Made by a program: the position numbers and the translations under genes
Shown here: positions 24,253-38,593 of the stretch, in pieces
Numbering within the stretch: the stretch's first letter is position 1
Layout: every line of letters begins with the position of its first letter
NCBI RefSeq assembly: GCF_964213995.1
Contig: NC_135804.1
Coordinates: forward strand, 69,316,001 to 69,380,000
DNA length: 64,000 bases
Direction of reading: 5' to 3'
DNA from: Mustelus asterias
Taxonomy: Eukaryota
Notes under the pieces: model-generated
Databases searched by the model: none
Told to the model about the DNA's origin: nothing
Seen by the model: the letters and a program-made list of their open reading frames with translations, nothing else

Positions 24253-25175
24253 ATGGTGGCATGTGGTCTTTAAGTCATTTTTTTTTATCCATCTGCGCAA
24301 TGGCCATCTTGATTTAAATAATTTACTCTTAAATAGTTTTTTATGTTCTCGCTTCATGAAGATTTCATTCTTTCAATTATAGATAATGCGGGCTATTCCC
24401 TTAATTGAATTCCCTTATTGCTTTAATATTTAAATTTTATTTATTATTGAAGAGCGGTCTACCTTTTATGAAACCTCGCTCCTTTTCTTTAGTTAACACG
24501 AAACTCCATATGTGCCCGTTCATTGCTTTACAAGAAAATGTCGGCCATTTGAAAGTCAACCGGAATGGCATGGTTCGGCAGCACTAATTTGCCGGAAGAT
24601 GTCTTCTCCAAAATGGCATCAGTGAAGTAGATTACTTTTTACAACAACGCCTTCACCATTATTGTGGATCCCGTTAATATAGTTCCAATTGCACACATTT
24701 ATGTGCTGGGATTTGAACGCAATACCCTCAGGACATTATGCCCGGCCTGTGGGTCATTAGTCCAGTGACAATATCACTGCGCCACCACCTCCTCTTTACT
24801 TAGCCTAAACATGGCCTTTCATGGTAATTTGTACCATGTCAACAGATTGTCATTCCTTCTTGTCCGAATATCATCGATTTACCATTAATGGTGGCATGTG
24901 GTCTTTAAGTCATTTTTTAAAATCCATCTGCGCAATGGCCATCTTGATTAAAATAATTTACTCTTAAATAGTTTTTTATGTTCTCGCTTCATGAAGATTT
25001 CATTCTTTCAATTATAGATAATGCGGGCTATTCCCTTAATTGAATTCCCTTATTGCTTTAATATTTAAATTTTATTTATTATTGAAGAGCGGTCTACCTT
25101 TTATGAAACCTCGCTCCTTTTCTTCAGTTAACACGAAACTCCATATGTGCCCGTTCATTGCTTTACAAGAAAATG
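24253..25175. repeat. 288-bp near-identical direct repeat pair (24253-24540 and 24888-25175)
   Basis: Both copies run from ATGGTGGCATGTGG to TTACAAGAAAATG with only a few differences; this produces the twin ORFs at 24405 and 25040. Confidence 0.95.
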
Positions 25176-26699
25176 GATTTAAAAAACGCCGCCCACCACT
25201 GAAATTAAACAAAGTATTTTCTGGGACTATCCTTACACATTCCCATTGCAAATCTGCACCTTAAATTACTTTGATGGTTTCCTCCCAAATCAGTCCAATT
25301 GCATAATTTAATTTCGCAGACCCCAGTACGTCCACGTTTCTAGCTGGCATCAACCACACTGCTCAGGATATCCTCTTAAACTGAAATTCCATCCGCTCTT
25401 TAAGTTTTATCCCTGAACCATCACCCCAATCGATATTTGGGGAAATAAATTCCATCACACAATTCTCCACCATTTGTTCTGATTTTCCAGCAAACGTGTT
25501 CCAGGATTGCTCTGTTAGTAAGGCTATACACCGAGAAGCGCTACCTTATCATTCTTGCTTTTCTACTCTGAGGAATAGATTCTCCCATGTTCCTCCAGGG
25601 GCATCCTTTCTCAACATAGTGTAATTCGATTTTGTCAGGATTACTACCCATCACTGTTTCCCCACTGCTCTATCTTTCCTGAACTCTTAACACTTTAAGA
25701 CTCAACGCTCGTCATTTTAAACCACATTTCTGTTATTATTACTCTCTCATTTCCCTACATTGTTTTGTGTATAGGAAGTCGTACGGCACAGTCGGTTGTG
25801 CTGGTTCCTGCAAATCCGCAGCGTGAGCGTGCAACCCAGGGGAAGAGGCGTGGTGGCAGCGACACCTTGACAATATGTTCCGCATGGAGAGTTCATTACA
25901 CGTTTCAATGGGCCAATAGCTCGAAATCTTTCCAGTATTTCCCCCACTCTTTCCAAAAGGAAAGAAACAGTGTGGTGTCAAGATACACCTTGGAAAACTG
26001 TGAAATGTGATTCCAGCTTAAATGGTAATTTGCGTAGTGTAAACATAGCGGCAGTGTCCATACGACTGGAGAAAGTGTTCTGTGTTTAAGACACACACGA
26101 GGAATGATGTGCATGGAAGAGATTTAAAAGTTCATTTATTAGTCACAAGTAAGGCTTACATTAACACTGCAATGAAGTTACTGTGAAATTCCCATAGAAG
26201 AGGAGTCCATTAAGCGTTGACCAATATCCATTATTCACAAAAATGTAAAGAGGTATACAGCACAGAAAAAGGCCATTCGACCTGTCGCGTCTGTCCGGGT
26301 CAAAGACATTTAAATATTTTAATCCCATTTCCAAGCACTTGGCCCCTGGCCGTGTATGCCTTGGCATCATAAGTACACATCTAACTACTTCTTAAATGCT
26401 ATGAGGATCGCTGCCTCCACCATCTTTTCAGGCAGTAGCTAAGGCTTCTAAAACCCTTTGGGTGAAGCATCCCCTCTAAAGCTCCTGCCCCTCACCTCAG
26501 ATCGAATTCCCCTCGTCATTGATCTCTCCAGTAAAGAGAAAGGTTTCATTCTGTCTACTCTCTCTGTGCGCCTCATAATTTTTACACATCTCAATCAGCT
26601 TCCCTCAGTTATCTTCCAAGGACTATAACCACACCCTATCATTTCATTGTGAGGAAACGCTGCAAGTGAAGAAAGATACTTTGCCAGTACAGCTATATC

Positions 26700-28100
26700 A
26701 CTGCCATCCGCCTGGCATTGTGAACGATTGTCTTCCACACAACCGGGCCAATTACCATGCTACCCATCCTCTCTCGATCATCGTTAAAATGACAGAACGG
26801 GTCATTAACAACACTGTCAAACCGTACTTCTTCAACAATAATATACTCACGGACGCTCAGTTTTTGTTTCCCGGGGTCACTCATCTCCTGTTGTTATTAC
26901 AGACTTGAACGAGCACGGACAAAAGTGCTGAAAGCCAGAGGTGAGCTGATTGCGACTGTCCTTGATATCACTGCGGCATTTGATTGAGTATCATATTAAG
27001 GAAGCCTTGCAAAACTGGAGTCAATGGGAAACTGGGAAAAAAAACTCCACTGATTGGAGTCATACCTGGCACTAAGGAAGATGGTTGAGTGGTTGGTGGT
27101 CAATCACCTCAGCTCCAGGAGATAATTGGAGGAGATCCTTGGAATGGTGACCTAGGCCCAACGATCTTCAATTGCTTCAACAACGATCTTCCTCCCATTA
27201 TAAGGTCAGAGGTCATCTGCATATTCGCTGATGACTGCACAATGTTCAGTACTATCTGCGACTCTTCAGGTATTGAAGGAGTCCATGCTCAAACGCAGAG
27301 AATATGGACTATATCCAGGCTTGGCCTTAAAGTGGCAAGTAATCTTTGCGCCACACAAATGCCAAGTAATGACCAACTCCCACAAGAGAGTGTCTAATCA
27401 TCACATCTTTGAAATTCAATGACATTATCATCGTTAAATCCCCCAGAATGAACTTTCTGCGTGTCGTCATTGACCTGAAACTGAACTGGACTAACTATAT
27501 AAATAATGTGGTTACGAAAACAAGTCAGAGGCTAGCAATCCTGCGACTGGTAAGTCAACACATGACTCCCCAATCCTGTCCACCATCGACGAGGCAGAAG
27601 GCAGGAATTTAGTGGAAAACATTTTACGTACCTGGTTGAATGCAGCTTCAACAACACTGAAGGAGCTTGACAGCATTCATAGCAAAGCCGGCTGCTTGAT
27701 TGCTATGCTTTCCATAAAGAGTTAATCCCTCCACCACAGATGAACAGTGGCAGCAGTGTGTCATCTACAATACTCACTACAATAACTTGCCATGGTTCCT
27801 CAGTCAGCACAATCTAAACCAATAACCATTATCATCTAGGTAGAATGGAGCAGCATATATCACCATTTGGAACTTGCCCTCCAAGCCATTCACCATCCGG
27901 ATTTAGAAATGCATCGCCATTCCTTCACTGCCGCTGGGGCTAAATCGTTGAACTACCTAACTAATACACGGTGGGATCACCATACTGTTGGGTCGACAGC
28001 GTTTTGAGAAGACAGCTAACCACCTGCTCCTCACGACCATCTAGGGATGAGCAATAAAAATGCTGGTCTCGCCAATGACGCCCACATCCCGTAAAATGAA
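26700..28100 (+). mobile_element. Old CR1-clade LINE of a second family (RT and 3' tail)
   Basis: LGPTIFNCFNNDLP..IFADDCTMFSTI, KWQVIFAPHKCQ and DLKLNWTNYINNV; tail ..GGCAATAAA..GCCAATGACGCCCACATCCCG; related relics at 520-760, 30840-31300 and 41300-42540. Confidence 0.75.
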
Positions 28101-28627
28101 TAAATATACATGCATTTTCTTTTCATTTCAAATAGTCCTCTCATATCGAATGTTGCAAACTGTTTCTCCACTAGGGTCCAAACTCACTGCATTCGCATTT
28201 TCCTTCTTTTTTCTAATTCCATATGCCAGATAAATTCTGCCTGCCAATTTTTTTCAAACGCTTCCCAATTACGAAACCCCCGCGAGGACATTGGTCCGAG
28301 TCGTGCTGAGGTGCAACATACCTTTTATGAATAAACTCCATCAATCCTAGAACTGGTCCTAATGACCCAAAAATGTGTACCTCATCCTCCTGCAACATAC
28401 TTACAAACCTCACCGATCATTTCTATGATCGCATTTCTGCAGTGCTTGGCAGACCGCACTAGGTGTAATGTAGAAATCACTAAATACAAGGTTCTACCAG
28501 TTAGCATCCGCCCAAGATCCTGAAAGTCTGCGCTAATAATTGTTGTCTAGTTTTACTCACAGAAACATGCCACAAATGTTAGTCTCGCTCTCTTCCTCTG
28601 CAGTGTATGCTGCAGCTTTTCTGTGAG

Positions 28628-29446
28628 ATTCTTTGTTCTAACACCGAGAGGCAATACATCTTGTGGGGCGCACAATAATAATCGACAGCATGCCTTTCTG
28701 CTCCGATACAGTGGAAACTTCTGCGAAAACAGTTAGTTTCTACAGGGTGGATCGTGCTGTGTAGTCCCTCGCCAATCTGGTGTCAAGGTCTGAGCTGTAA
28801 TGCTTCAAGATACCGTCACTCCCAAATCTAACATTCAATGTCTGCTTGAGAGTGACGCTAACCACGCAATCTCCTGTACTCTTTGCATTTTCCAGGGCCT
28901 TGAGATGGCGGCCCTACGAGTATACTAACCCATTTACTGCCTTTGGCTGACAACACCCCAGAAGGTACAAATCAACTAAATTGCATCCTGCATGAGAGTT
29001 CGCATTAATTCCATTTGGCCCTCAAAGTTGAAGACATCAGCTCCAGCTGGAAGGGAAGGAGACATGCCTTGCACTCATGTTAGAACAAGGCATTGAAACT
29101 GCACAGAAGATCCAAAATAGCGCAGAATCTGCAATCAGCCGACGCAGATGCGCAGGTATTACAAAACAATGTTTGCAACCTGTTGAAAACTACTAATATT
29201 ATTGAAAACGTGTTCAACTACTCTATGCTTATAGGTTATTGATCCTCTCCGTACCAGCAACGCGATTTGAAAGTGCTAATTTCAGTTCTCATGAAAGAAA
29301 GAGACTTGCTGTTTCGAATGATATTCATCATCCAGAGAAGCAGAATAATGCACAAATTTAAACAGAGCAAAAAATCGCAAGTGCGCAAGCCCACCCTGAC
29401 TGAGGCATTGGCATGCACAAAGAGCCAGGAAACAGTTATTCTCCAT
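28628..29446 (-). pseudogene. Possible decayed Ig-superfamily V segment (leader, V-like exon, RSS-like signal)
   Basis: Leader-like MENNCFLALCACQCLSQ with phase-1 donor (29446-29395); acceptor TCCTTCCCTTCCAG at 29047; LICTF..MG*Y; DYYCA at 28683-28669 followed by CACAAGA-22 nt-ACAAAGAAT. Several stops, a frame change and excess length. Confidence 0.2.
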
Positions 29447-32400
29447 GTTTTGCGCAATGCGTGGATCCGTTCTTTCTATTTGCAGTCCAAATCCCGCCCT
29501 GTGATTGAGCATTTGCTGAAACCAGTTTCTTTACCCGCCCCCACCCCCCAACCCTCCCACACCCACGTGCTAATTGTAATGATGGGGAATATTAAAGGAT
29601 TTCGATTGTCAACAACATAAAATCTAGTATATATAGATCGTTGTGAGTGTTTACGTTATTGTTGCTGCAATTCCGGTTTCCCATAGTTATCCAAAAAGCC
29701 CTTCTGGAATTTCCAGGCATCTCTCACCAAGTTTCGTAATCCAGATGTTTTCGTATGCGATACTCCAGAAACAATGAAGGTGTCTGCAAAAAATGTTTCT
29801 GTTACTTGACTTACAATTTCATTTCAAAATGTAAGGATCGCACAGGGATCAGCACCGTTGCTTCACAGCGCCAGGGACCTGTGTTCAATTCCGACCTCGC
29901 GTGACAGTCTGTGTAAAGTTGATCTCGAAATAGGCCATGCAATACAACAGATCAGGGAGGTGTGTTTAAGGACAATCTTAGTCAACAACCATCATGCCGC
30001 AGTATGGTCTGAGAAAATGATTGAAAAGTACAGGGACGGGGTGGGCGGAGGGGGGGGGGGGAGGTGCGGGGGTTGGAGAGAAAACACAAAGCTCCAAAAT
30101 TTGCGGCAAAAGCGGGGAGGGGACGGAAGGAAGAATGGTGCAATGGAGATGAAAATAAACTCCTGAGTGACTCGAAAAAATGACTTGCAGGCAGCGTAAA
30201 AGAAGAACAGATGGAAATAATAGAAGTGGTTATCAACAAAACGCGGGGTAATATTTGATAATTGACGCATGAATAAGAAACAATAACGAATACTAACCAT
30301 GTAGAATCGTCGAAAAAAGAGTGGCACAACTAAGATGAAAGCGAACTACACACCTCAATGTTTAGAGGGCGAAAGATGATGCAACATTGGCAGGCAGGTG
30401 GCAGATCACGTTCAATGCAGAGACGTGTGGGATAATGTATGTTTGTAGGAAGAACATAGAGCAACAAAATGAAATAAGGCCTGAACATATTAACGGGATG
30501 TAGTGCCAGAGAGACCTGGCTGAATATCGGCATAGTTCACTAGAGATGGCCGTACAGGTGGAGCGAGCAATTAAAAAGCGTGGTATTCTTGGAATGGGGG
30601 ACGGAAGTAAGGACGTTATGCTGAATTTACACAAGACAGCAGTTATACCTCAGCTACAGTATTGCACACAATTGTGTATGGCGCACTACAGGAGCGACTG
30701 TCGAAGAGGATTACACAAGTGGTTCTAGGAATGCGAATTGTCAGTTGAGAGGACAGATTGAAGTGGTTAAGAGTTTTCTCCTTGAAGATCAAAACGCTAG
30801 GAGAAGTTTTTAAATTAACTTACACGATATGGGCACTGCTGCCTAGGCCGGCACTTGTTGTTCCTTCCTATTTGCGATAGACAAGGTGGTGAGCTGCATT
30901 CTTGAACAGCTGAAGTACATGTGGTGAAGGTACACCCACAATGTTGATGTGGCGGGAGTTCCAGGATTTTGGCCCAGAGTCATTGAAGGAGCTGAAATAT
31001 ATTTCCAAGTCAGGATGGTGACTGACTTAGCGTGGCACATCCAGGTGGTGGCATCTGCTTCCATTGTGCGTCTCCAAGGTAGGAAGCGGCTTCTCATTGG
31101 GTTAGGAGGTGCTGCCGAAGGAATATTGGTGTGTTACTGCAGTCCACCTTGTAGTTGGTGCATATGACTGTCATTGTTGATAGGGGAAGTGAATTTTGAA
31201 GTTACTGTTGGATACGGTGCCAATGGATTTTGGGGTCTGGAAGCTGTTGAACATGTTGAGTGTTGGGTAAGCAGTCATGAGCACATTTGGCGAATATAGC
31301 ATCACACTTCGTACCGATTGCTTACAACTGAGTTACCATCTAAGTGTCAACCACATTTCTGTGGTGCCACATGTAAAGTTGGTAGTTTTTTCTCCCTCAA
31401 GGACATTAATTAACCAGTTGGGCTTTTACGGCAATGTGCAATGGTTTAATCCCGTGGTGGGATTCGAACCTGGGACCCTAACACATTACGTTGGATCGCT
31501 GGAGGTTACCGATGCAGTAACGAGACCACTCCGGCACTAACCCCTCGACATACAAATGATCCGAATTATTAGGAGGGTGGTGGCTGTGCGGGGGGCGGGG
31601 GGTGGGGGGGGGGGGGGGTGGGGGCGGCGGGGGCAGGAGGGGTGATTGAGGGGGTGGGGGGATTTCGGTCTCATTGGCTGGACTGAGTATGTAGAAAAAC
31701 TATTACCATGCTTAAAAAGATCAGAACGACGAGGGAGCACAGGCCTACAGTGTGATGCAAAATAAGTAAAGGTGATGTGAACGAATGATTTTTTTGTTAC
31801 ACAACGACCGGTTCGGATCTGGCATGCATTAGTTGAAAATGTGTTTGATGTCGTTTCAACCAAGGCATTTAAAAGGGCATTTTATTGTTATTTTAATAGA
31901 ATCAATGTGTAGGTGTCCCGCGAACAGACAAGGTCAAAATGCTCATTTGGAGGTGCGATGCATACTTCATAGGCCAATTGGCCTCCTGCTCAGTAAGAAT
32001 GGTAAACATACGGGATACAGAATGGTGTAGAAAAAAATAAATTACAATACAAATGTAATGTTTAATGTTGATAATGAACAAAAAAAAATAACTGTAAGTG
32101 ATTAACACTCCCATAAAGGAACCTCGCTGGAAAATATGCAGTCACTTCACAGTCAATTTCCGAAATGGTAAATTATTATTTTGTTTCGGTTATTGCCATG
32201 GAAACTGCCATGTTACAGTTGCCGTTTTATTAGGAGATCGAGCATGAAGCAGTTTTCTTAGAAGCAGCAGAGAAAATCGGGAAGTTAATAAGATTTAGAT
32301 AGTATAACGTTCTCTTGTGGATTAGTTATATCCGAGCTTATTAAACTAAGTTAAAGATGAGATAACTTAGTCATTGTTAAACATGGGGTGGTGGTGGGGG

Positions 32401-34989
32401 CGGGGGGGGGGGGGGGGGGGCGGTGGGAGGCGGTCTTGTGGGGGGGGGGGGAAGTGTGGAGAAGCGGAAGAACGAATTGGATGCGGGCAGGAAATCTGTT
32501 CAAACCGGTGATAAAGCAAACATGGAGAACTCTTACGGCAATTAGACACATTATTGTAATATCAGTTGCCAAATAGATAGTGGGACCATGAATCAAAAAC
32601 ACTTAAGGAATAATGTCCTATTTGAAAACATGAAAAATATAACCCCGCTTTCTTTAATGTAATCTCGAGGTTATCCAGCATGATTGAACACTTTGAAACA
32701 GAGTCGATAAGGCTCCTCCAAAACGCTTTCAATTAACTGTTATTTGCAGACAAATGACTAAGTTCAGAAGATGTATCGCCAGGGAAAGCAGAAGGAGCAA
32801 CAAATTAGCTACGAAATACAATATGATGAAGCAGGCCTGAAAAAATAGATACTCAGTCATTTTCCACGGAAATCCTTGCCAGAACAACTGTTGCTTAATA
32901 TTCGAATAAATGGTGGAACACCAGCATGAAAAATGCAACTTCGAACTTAGGGAGGAGAATGATTTGTGTGTGTGAAGTGTAGCTTTGGGATCAGTAAATG
33001 CAGAACAGCATGGCGAAAACATGGAGTGTTGCGTGAATAACCACTTATAAACGGCATATTATTGGTCACACGTTTTAGGCCTATAAAAAGCTTTACAGTG
33101 ATGAGTCAGAAGGCTGCGCATTGATTAAAATGTTGTATCTGTCGACGAAGAAAGGTAAAAAGTGTGCAGTCGCATAGAACGTTGAAAGTAAGGACGTCGG
33201 TTTCTAAAATTATTTAGACATGATTTCAGATCTACGGAGATATAATGGAATCATCTGCATAAATTATAAATCATTGAGTACAGCGTGAACGGTTTGTCCA
33301 CGACTAAAAAAAAATTAGAACGACTGGCAAGGTTTTTTGTTAATTTGCATGGAGCCAGAATTAAGATGTTATGCTTTCGTGAAATACGGAAAAGCTTGGA
33401 TCTCTGAGCAGTGGCCTGATAGATGTTCTCAAGTATTTGACAGAGTGGACTAGAACCAAGACTCATCAACAGACATGCAAGAATAAATGCATTTCGCAGG
33501 AAATGGGCTGCATAAATTGAAACGAACTTTTGGAGAAGTAAAAAAGACGATAAGAATATGATTAAAATCAGGACTAGGGATATTTATGGTATTCACTCAT
33601 TCAGTTGGAAGTTAGACGATTAGGTAAGGGCGAAATGACAAGAAAAAGAACGGATATCACAGAGGACTGACGAAGTGTCGATGGAGATTGTGGAATATAA
33701 TTACCAATATGACTTACTGGGCCGAAGGTCTCGTTCTGTGTTGTAAATATTTAGAATGACCAGTATTGTAACTTACTTTATTTGAAGGGAGTAATGTGAA
33801 ATGTACATATTCTGCATTCAAGCAAAAATACACGATAACGGATAACGAGTGCTATGAGTATTATCGGACACTATCATATATATGAACGAGAACTATACTA
33901 TTTTCATCCCAGTAACGCTAGAGTCATTCCACACGGCGAAACTACATTATCCGCTTAAGGATCTACCAGCAAAGTTTAGTGGTCTGATCCGAAATCATTT
34001 GTGTATTAAGTCCCTGCCGAAGAATGCCAAATTTCTTTCAGTCGGCTCTAATTTGATTGCAGCATATTCCGTACAATTTTCCTTCTGCTTCTGCATTCCT
34101 CTTAGCCGTACCAATCGTATTTACGGCTGCATAAGCCAAATTGCCATTGTCGTTTCTCTCCAGGATCTGTAGACATAAAAATATCAAACATTTAATGACA
34201 CCTTTTCAGATAGATAGTTAAAAAATACTTGGACGCGCAGCCCTATCTTCTACTACAAAATCTGACTTTGGATACCTGAGTGATAACGACATTGAAGTGG
34301 AATTATTTTATATGTTGACACCGCCCTACACAATACGCTATAATCAGGGACCTATGAATGATTATTTTCACATTTTGTACGTAAATAAATGTATGTCAAA
34401 TTGTTGTGCGTCAAGAAAGATATTGTCGTTTGGTTTCGCGCCTTCAATTTCAAGCGTATACTAGATGAACATAAACAAGTTGAGCACAGAAAGATCAGAT
34501 AGCCCATGTGTCGATCCGTGTATTTAAAGATGCATAATCTGAATTATTCATTCAATCTTGATGCATAGTTTTCATCTTCATTCTCGATTTCAATTAGGTA
34601 CTGTTCGTATTAGGAGGCAATCCCCATATGTTTAAATCGTGTTGTTGTATTATTTCGTGCATTCCTGATACACTTCATCCTTCAGAAAACAGGATAAATT
34701 TTACCCGAGATGGAAAAAAAGGGAATGGTTAATTTCAAAATGTTATTCGTCTTCGAGTCAACTTATGGGCTTTGTGCAATCAAATTATGATTTTGTTGGA
34801 AACATTTTTGAATAACCAATCTCTGTGGAAGCTGTAATTTCAGAGAATGCAATGATGATGATCTTCTGGTGTGTCACTCGGTATTAGGTCGTTGCTCTTT
34901 TTCCGTATACTCGAGAATCAGACTCTGAGAGTCCGTGATGAGGTTGTTCGATCGCCATTCACTAATTCTTATGCGTTCATTTTTTTAAA

Positions 34990-35319
34990 TTAGAATCCCT
35001 ACAGTGCAGAAGGAGGCCATTCGGCCCATCGAGTCTGCACCGACCACAATCCCACCCAGGCCCTACCCCCACATATTTTACCCGCTAATCCCTCTAACCT
35101 ACCCATCTCACGACTCTAAGGGGCAATTTTTAACCTGGCCAATCAACCTAACCCGCACATCTTTGGACTGTGGGAGGAAACCGGAGCGCCCGGAGGAAAC
35201 CCACGCAGACACGAGGAGAATGTGCAAACTCCACACAGACAGTGACCAGAGCCGGGAATCGAACCCGGGACCCTGGAGCTGTGAAGAAGCAGTGCTCACC
35301 ACTGTGCTACCGTGCCGCC
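34990..35319 (-). mobile_element. HE1-type V-SINE
   Basis: Full-length reverse-complement copy. Confidence 0.92.
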
Positions 35320-35968
35320 GGTCCCTACTTCTTGCATCTTTTTCCACTTTGCCCACTTCCAAGTCTAGTGAGGCAGGAATTTCACATCACATTTTTGCTC
35401 CTGTATCAGACGAATGTGCAGCCGACTGTATGCGCCGAAAGAATAATGCAGGGAACCCGGAAAAACTGTCAAAATGGGAACGGTTGAAACATTTTCTTTT
35501 TTTCATCTCCTCGGGGAAAGAAAAGATGCTGCGAACAAGCATCTACCTTTTTTATTATGGTTTTTAATGTGGTTCACAGTTTTCGTAATTTGCATATAAA
35601 CCACTGGAGGATGTGGCAAATAATTTTAGAGTTTCACACCTTTTACAACTTTTATCGTCTCGAAATTAATTCAAAGCATGATTCGGCTGTCATACCACTT
35701 AGAGTACTGACGCTCTTCACTCATATTTTAAAATATTTCGTAGACCTTGTTCTGATTTCCAGATTCCTGCAAAAATATGCATCGTTTCTATGCTCCAATT
35801 GGGTCACGCGCATTCAATTTGCATGGCCATTGTAACACGCAGAAATAGTGTGGAAACGTACTTAAATTGAGTGACCACACGATGAGGCTGGACTTTTATT
35901 TTGCCTAATAGCTTGGTACAGTGCAGCATTCAGGTATCCTTATTCTCACATTCAACTTTTACTTAGTC

Positions 35969-36303
35969 GGGGCGGCACGGTAGCACAGTGGTTAGCACTG
36001 CTGCTTCACAGCTCCAGGGTCCCGGGTTCGATTCCCGGCTCGGGTCACTCTCTGTGTGGAGTTTGCACATTCTCCTCGTATCTGCGTGGGTTTCCCCCGG
36101 GTACTCCGGTTTCCTCCCACAGTCCAAAGATGTGCGGGTTAGGTTGATTGGCCAGGTTAAAAAAATGTCCCTTAGAGTACTGGGATGCGTAGGTTAGAGG
36201 GATTAGCGGGTAAAATATGTGGGGGTAGGGCCTGGGTGGGATTGTGGTCGGTGCAGACTCGATGGGCCGAATGGCCTCCTTCTGCACTGTAGGGTTTCTA
36301 TGT
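35969..36303 (+). mobile_element. HE1-type V-SINE
   Basis: Full-length copy with A/B boxes, V domain and CR1-type tail. Confidence 0.92.
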
Positions 36304-38546
36304 AAATGATTGCACGATACTGCCACTCCATCCCGAAAGACTTTCCAACAGCTTCTCCCAAATTTATTTTGTGATTGTGAGTTTTTGCGCCTTTTCTTTC
36401 GTCTTAACTTCATTTACATGAGTTTAATTGAATTTCAACGAATGTGCCAGGAATGCCGTGTTCCCATGTCTGTTTGTTTTTTTTAAATAAGCATTACTCT
36501 TTTAGAACCTGTAGAACGAAAGAAAAACGGTTGCAGAATTGAAACGACATTCAGTCCATCATTACTGCACCGCGAAAAAAAGACCAGGAAAGCGCTTATT
36601 TTAAGTCAGCTGCCCAGCACGATTCCGTAGCCTTACAGCACGGCAGATTCAGATCCTTGTACCTTTTAAAACATTGTCCATTTCAGCCTCAAAAGTCAAC
36701 TCGCACAGTGAATTCCAAGGTGCCAGCACCAACTCGCTGAAAAACAGTTTCCTTCATGCCCCCTGCAATTCTATCGTCATCACCTGAAATCGTTCCTGAG
36801 TAAATGACATATCAGCTAAGTCTTTCCTGTCTATGATATCCTGCCCTCTCGTTATTTTATACGACTGAATTAAGTCACCGCTTGCTCTCCTTGGTTCCAA
36901 GGAAAACAGATCCAATCTACTTTTTTTTCTCATTGCTTAAATGTTTGTTTCCTGCAACATTCATTTAAATATCCTTTCCATGCTATCTGGAGCCATTGTC
37001 CCCTTCGTGTATTTTGGAGACTAGAACGCTAGCCAAAATTCCATCTGCGACGAAACCACTGTTTGGAACTCTTCCAACATTTATCGACCATAGCTCATTG
37101 AAAAAATGAAAATATTCATTGGTTTCTTTGCCAATTCATCCACATGCGCTGCCACTTTTAGGGACCTATGAGCATACACCTCAAGATCTCCCACGTCCGC
37201 TACCCCTCTCAATATCCTCCCGCTTATTGAGTATCCCAATGCTTTATTTGCCCTCCACTCTAACACTGGTTGAATTCTATTCAGCTATTTTCTGCCCACT
37301 CCACCTAACAACGGCTCGATGCTTCATGAAGAACTACACGGTCAATGTTCGTGTAATCTTCGAAATGTTCAATCCTGTCTCCGCGTCTACACTCATGTAA
37401 CAACCATCCAGGACCCAATATTGCGCCTTCTGGAATACCACTGGAAGTTACGCTCCAGACGCAGGCATATTGTTTCATCATTACAGTTTTTCATTCTTGT
37501 TGAGCGAATTTTTGAATCAACAGGTCACTTTTCTCCTCATGTAAGAGGATTACTTTTATTATTGGTCTGAAACGTTGCACCTTATCAAATGACTGCATAA
37601 ATATACACTGCCTCAGAAACAATTCTTGTTCCTAGCTCAAGCAATGGATTAATTTGATAAGATATAAAAGCTGTTGCCTGTCCCTTATCGATAGTTGCCT
37701 TTATAAATGATATGTCATCCTGTTTCTCATAAACTAAGTGTCATAATTTGGCAAACGCCAAATTCAGATTGGTCTATAATTATTTGAGCAGTCCCTCACA
37801 ACTTTCCAAAATAATGGTGCAATATTCACCGACTTCCAATCATATAGTAACTCGCTTCTATTTGATGAAAATTTCAACATGATCCGGTAATCCGCTATTC
37901 CAATCCCAGGTGTTTTAACAGCTTGGGAACTATTCATCCCACCATGGTGATTTTACCATCTTCAAGTACGTCAGTCCCTCCAAAACTCACTCTCTCATGA
38001 TGCCTGTCATCTCTTCCCTTACGAACCACAAAGAGGAACTACTCATTGACAACATTACCCATATCTTTGCATCAACACATGTTAGCTGGTACATATTTGA
38101 TAAGTGTCATCTTTGCCTCAGTGATTCTCTTGCGCTCCATGTAATGGCAACACCTCTATGTATTTTCCTGCCTTGTACGTGCCATTTTTTTTTACATTTC
38201 TTTGTTTTTCTAATTTCATCTTTTGCAACATCCGTACTATTATTCTGCTGCTTTCGGCAGTAAGCCAATTTTGTGACTGACTTTTGTTTTAATTTCCTGC
38301 TTTTGCCAGAGATTTTGCAGTGATACCATATTTGCTGGGGGTCCAATCTATATTTTGCCCATAGAATCTAGCTTTTGTAGGTCGCCCACTAATTTGAAGC
38401 TATTTCCCCTTCTAGATGTTGATTCGAAAACTCACCTTTTAGCATAGAAAATGTTGTGCTCTGCAATTTAGCGCTTTTATGTCTGTTCCGATTTGTCCTT
38501 TTCTTTAATGGCAGTATGGCGCTTTCTTGGCGTTATGGTCTCTCTC

Positions 38547-38548
<2 letters not shown>

Positions 38549-38590
<42 letters not shown>
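38549..38590. repeat. (AT)n microsatellite
   Basis: About 21 uninterrupted AT units. Confidence 0.95.

Positions 38591-38593
<3 letters not shown>

Noticed and set aside
25765-26100. ORF with Ig-like words (GGSDTLTIC..W..SRYTL) after a plausible acceptor
   Set aside because: No second Cys or YxC motif, irregular spacing and no supporting exons; indistinguishable from chance.
29982-32602. Proline-rich and glycine-rich short ORFs
   Set aside because: They are translations of poly-G tracts.
34850-34930. C/D box snoRNA-like ATGATGA...CTGA
   Set aside because: No terminal stem, no recognisable rRNA guide and no established host intron.
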